DNA of 64,000 bases, from assembly GCA_963805975.1 (NCBI GenBank), contig CAWDVR010000002.1, positions 800,001-864,000 on the forward strand. Direction: 5' to 3'. Below the pieces are notes generated by a model. It was given only the letters and a program-made list of their open reading frames with translations, had not been told where the DNA came from and ran no database searches. Made by a program: the position numbers and the translations under genes. Source of the stretch: an uncultured Acidobacteriota bacterium (GTDB lineage Bacteria; Acidobacteriota; Thermoanaerobaculia; Multivoradales; SZUA-115). Below are positions 63,312 to 64,000 of the stretch, one piece after another (the stretch's first letter is position 1; the number at the start of each line of letters is the position of its first letter).

Positions 63312-64000
63312 CTACCCCACCTTCGGCAGCCCCACCGTGACCTGGATCTTCTCCGGATGGAGGTGGCGGCGGGCGGCGGCTAGGGTGGTGGCGCGGTCGG
63401 GCCGGCGGAGCTCGGCCTCGCGCCAGTCCGGGTCGTCGAGCGGCAGGCCGTAGAACTCGGTCTCGGCCAGGATCTCCGCCCACTGCCGGGCGGTCTCGCG
63501 GCGGAAGGGCTCGCGGCCCAGGAGGTAGGCCCGCGCCTCCTCGAGCTCGTCTTCCCCCGGCCCCTCCTCGAGGAAGCGCACGACCTCCTCGATCACGCCG
63601 CGCTCGGCCTGCGCCACGGTGGCCGGCGAGGTGCCGACGTAGGCGACCAGCCGGCCCGGATCGAGGCCGGCACCGGCCATGGTCTGCGCGTAGGCGGTGT
63701 AGGCCAGGCCCTCGCGCTCGCGGATGCGGGTCGGGATGCGGCCGGTGAGGCCCGAGCCCGCGCCCAGCACCACGGCCGCCAGCTCGAGCGCCGCCGCGTC
63801 CGGGTGCCGGCGCGCCAGGGTGAGGTGGCCGAGGTAGAGGTGGGCCTGGTCCACGCCCTTGAGACCGACCTCGCGCCGTGGCTCGCTGGCCGTGGGAAGC
63901 GAGATCTCGGCCTCCGGCGCGCCGCCGCCGACCGCGGTGCCGAAGAGCTCGGCGGCCCGCGCCGTCACCGCGTCCTCGTCGATCTCCCCCGCCACCGTCA
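63312..64000 (-). CDS. M16 (pitrilysin) family peptidase, C-terminal part (5' truncated by window)
   Basis: QAHLYLG, VLG....GRIPTRIREREGLAY, ELEEARAYL. Confidence 0.85.
   Translation of the reverse strand, partial: TVAGEIDEDAVTARAAELFGTAVGGGAPEAEISLPTASEPRREVGLKGVDQAHLYLGHLTLARRHPDAAALELAAVVLGAGSGLTGRIPTRIREREGLAYTAYAQTMAGAGLDPGRLVAYVGTSPATVAQAERGVIEEVVRFLEEGPGEDELEEARAYLLGREPFRRETARQWAEILAETEFYGLPLDDPDWREAELRRPDRATTLAAARRHLHPEKIQVTVGLPKVG

Overview
High-GC bacterial chromosomal window (about 70% GC by eye), probably Acidobacteriota, Thermoanaerobaculia-like (inferred from protein family content). Housekeeping blocks: idh; ffh and rpsP-khpA-rimM-trmD-rplS-rnhB; pyk; alaS; pgsA; a Pho regulon (pstSCAB, phoU, phosphate porin) with three visible PHO-box arrays. 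Most notable: (1) a secreted precursor with three 20-aa tandem repeats ending G-x-(D/E)-M-D-P-(N/H)-G, co-oriented upstream of an HxxxCxxC zinc-finger + TPR protein, a candidate undescribed peptide-signalling pair; (2) a selenocysteine formate dehydrogenase with in-frame UGA and SECIS, a split and reordered alpha subunit, inserted between ffh and rpsP; (3) an ATP-cone/2-phosphoglycerate kinase/ApgM fusion divergent from phoU; (4) a 10-Cys secreted mini-protein; (5) an ABC-ATPase + DUF4276 putative defence pair. Several genes carry single-base frameshifts, so assembly indel errors are likely. I found no tRNA, rRNA, CRISPR array or transposase.
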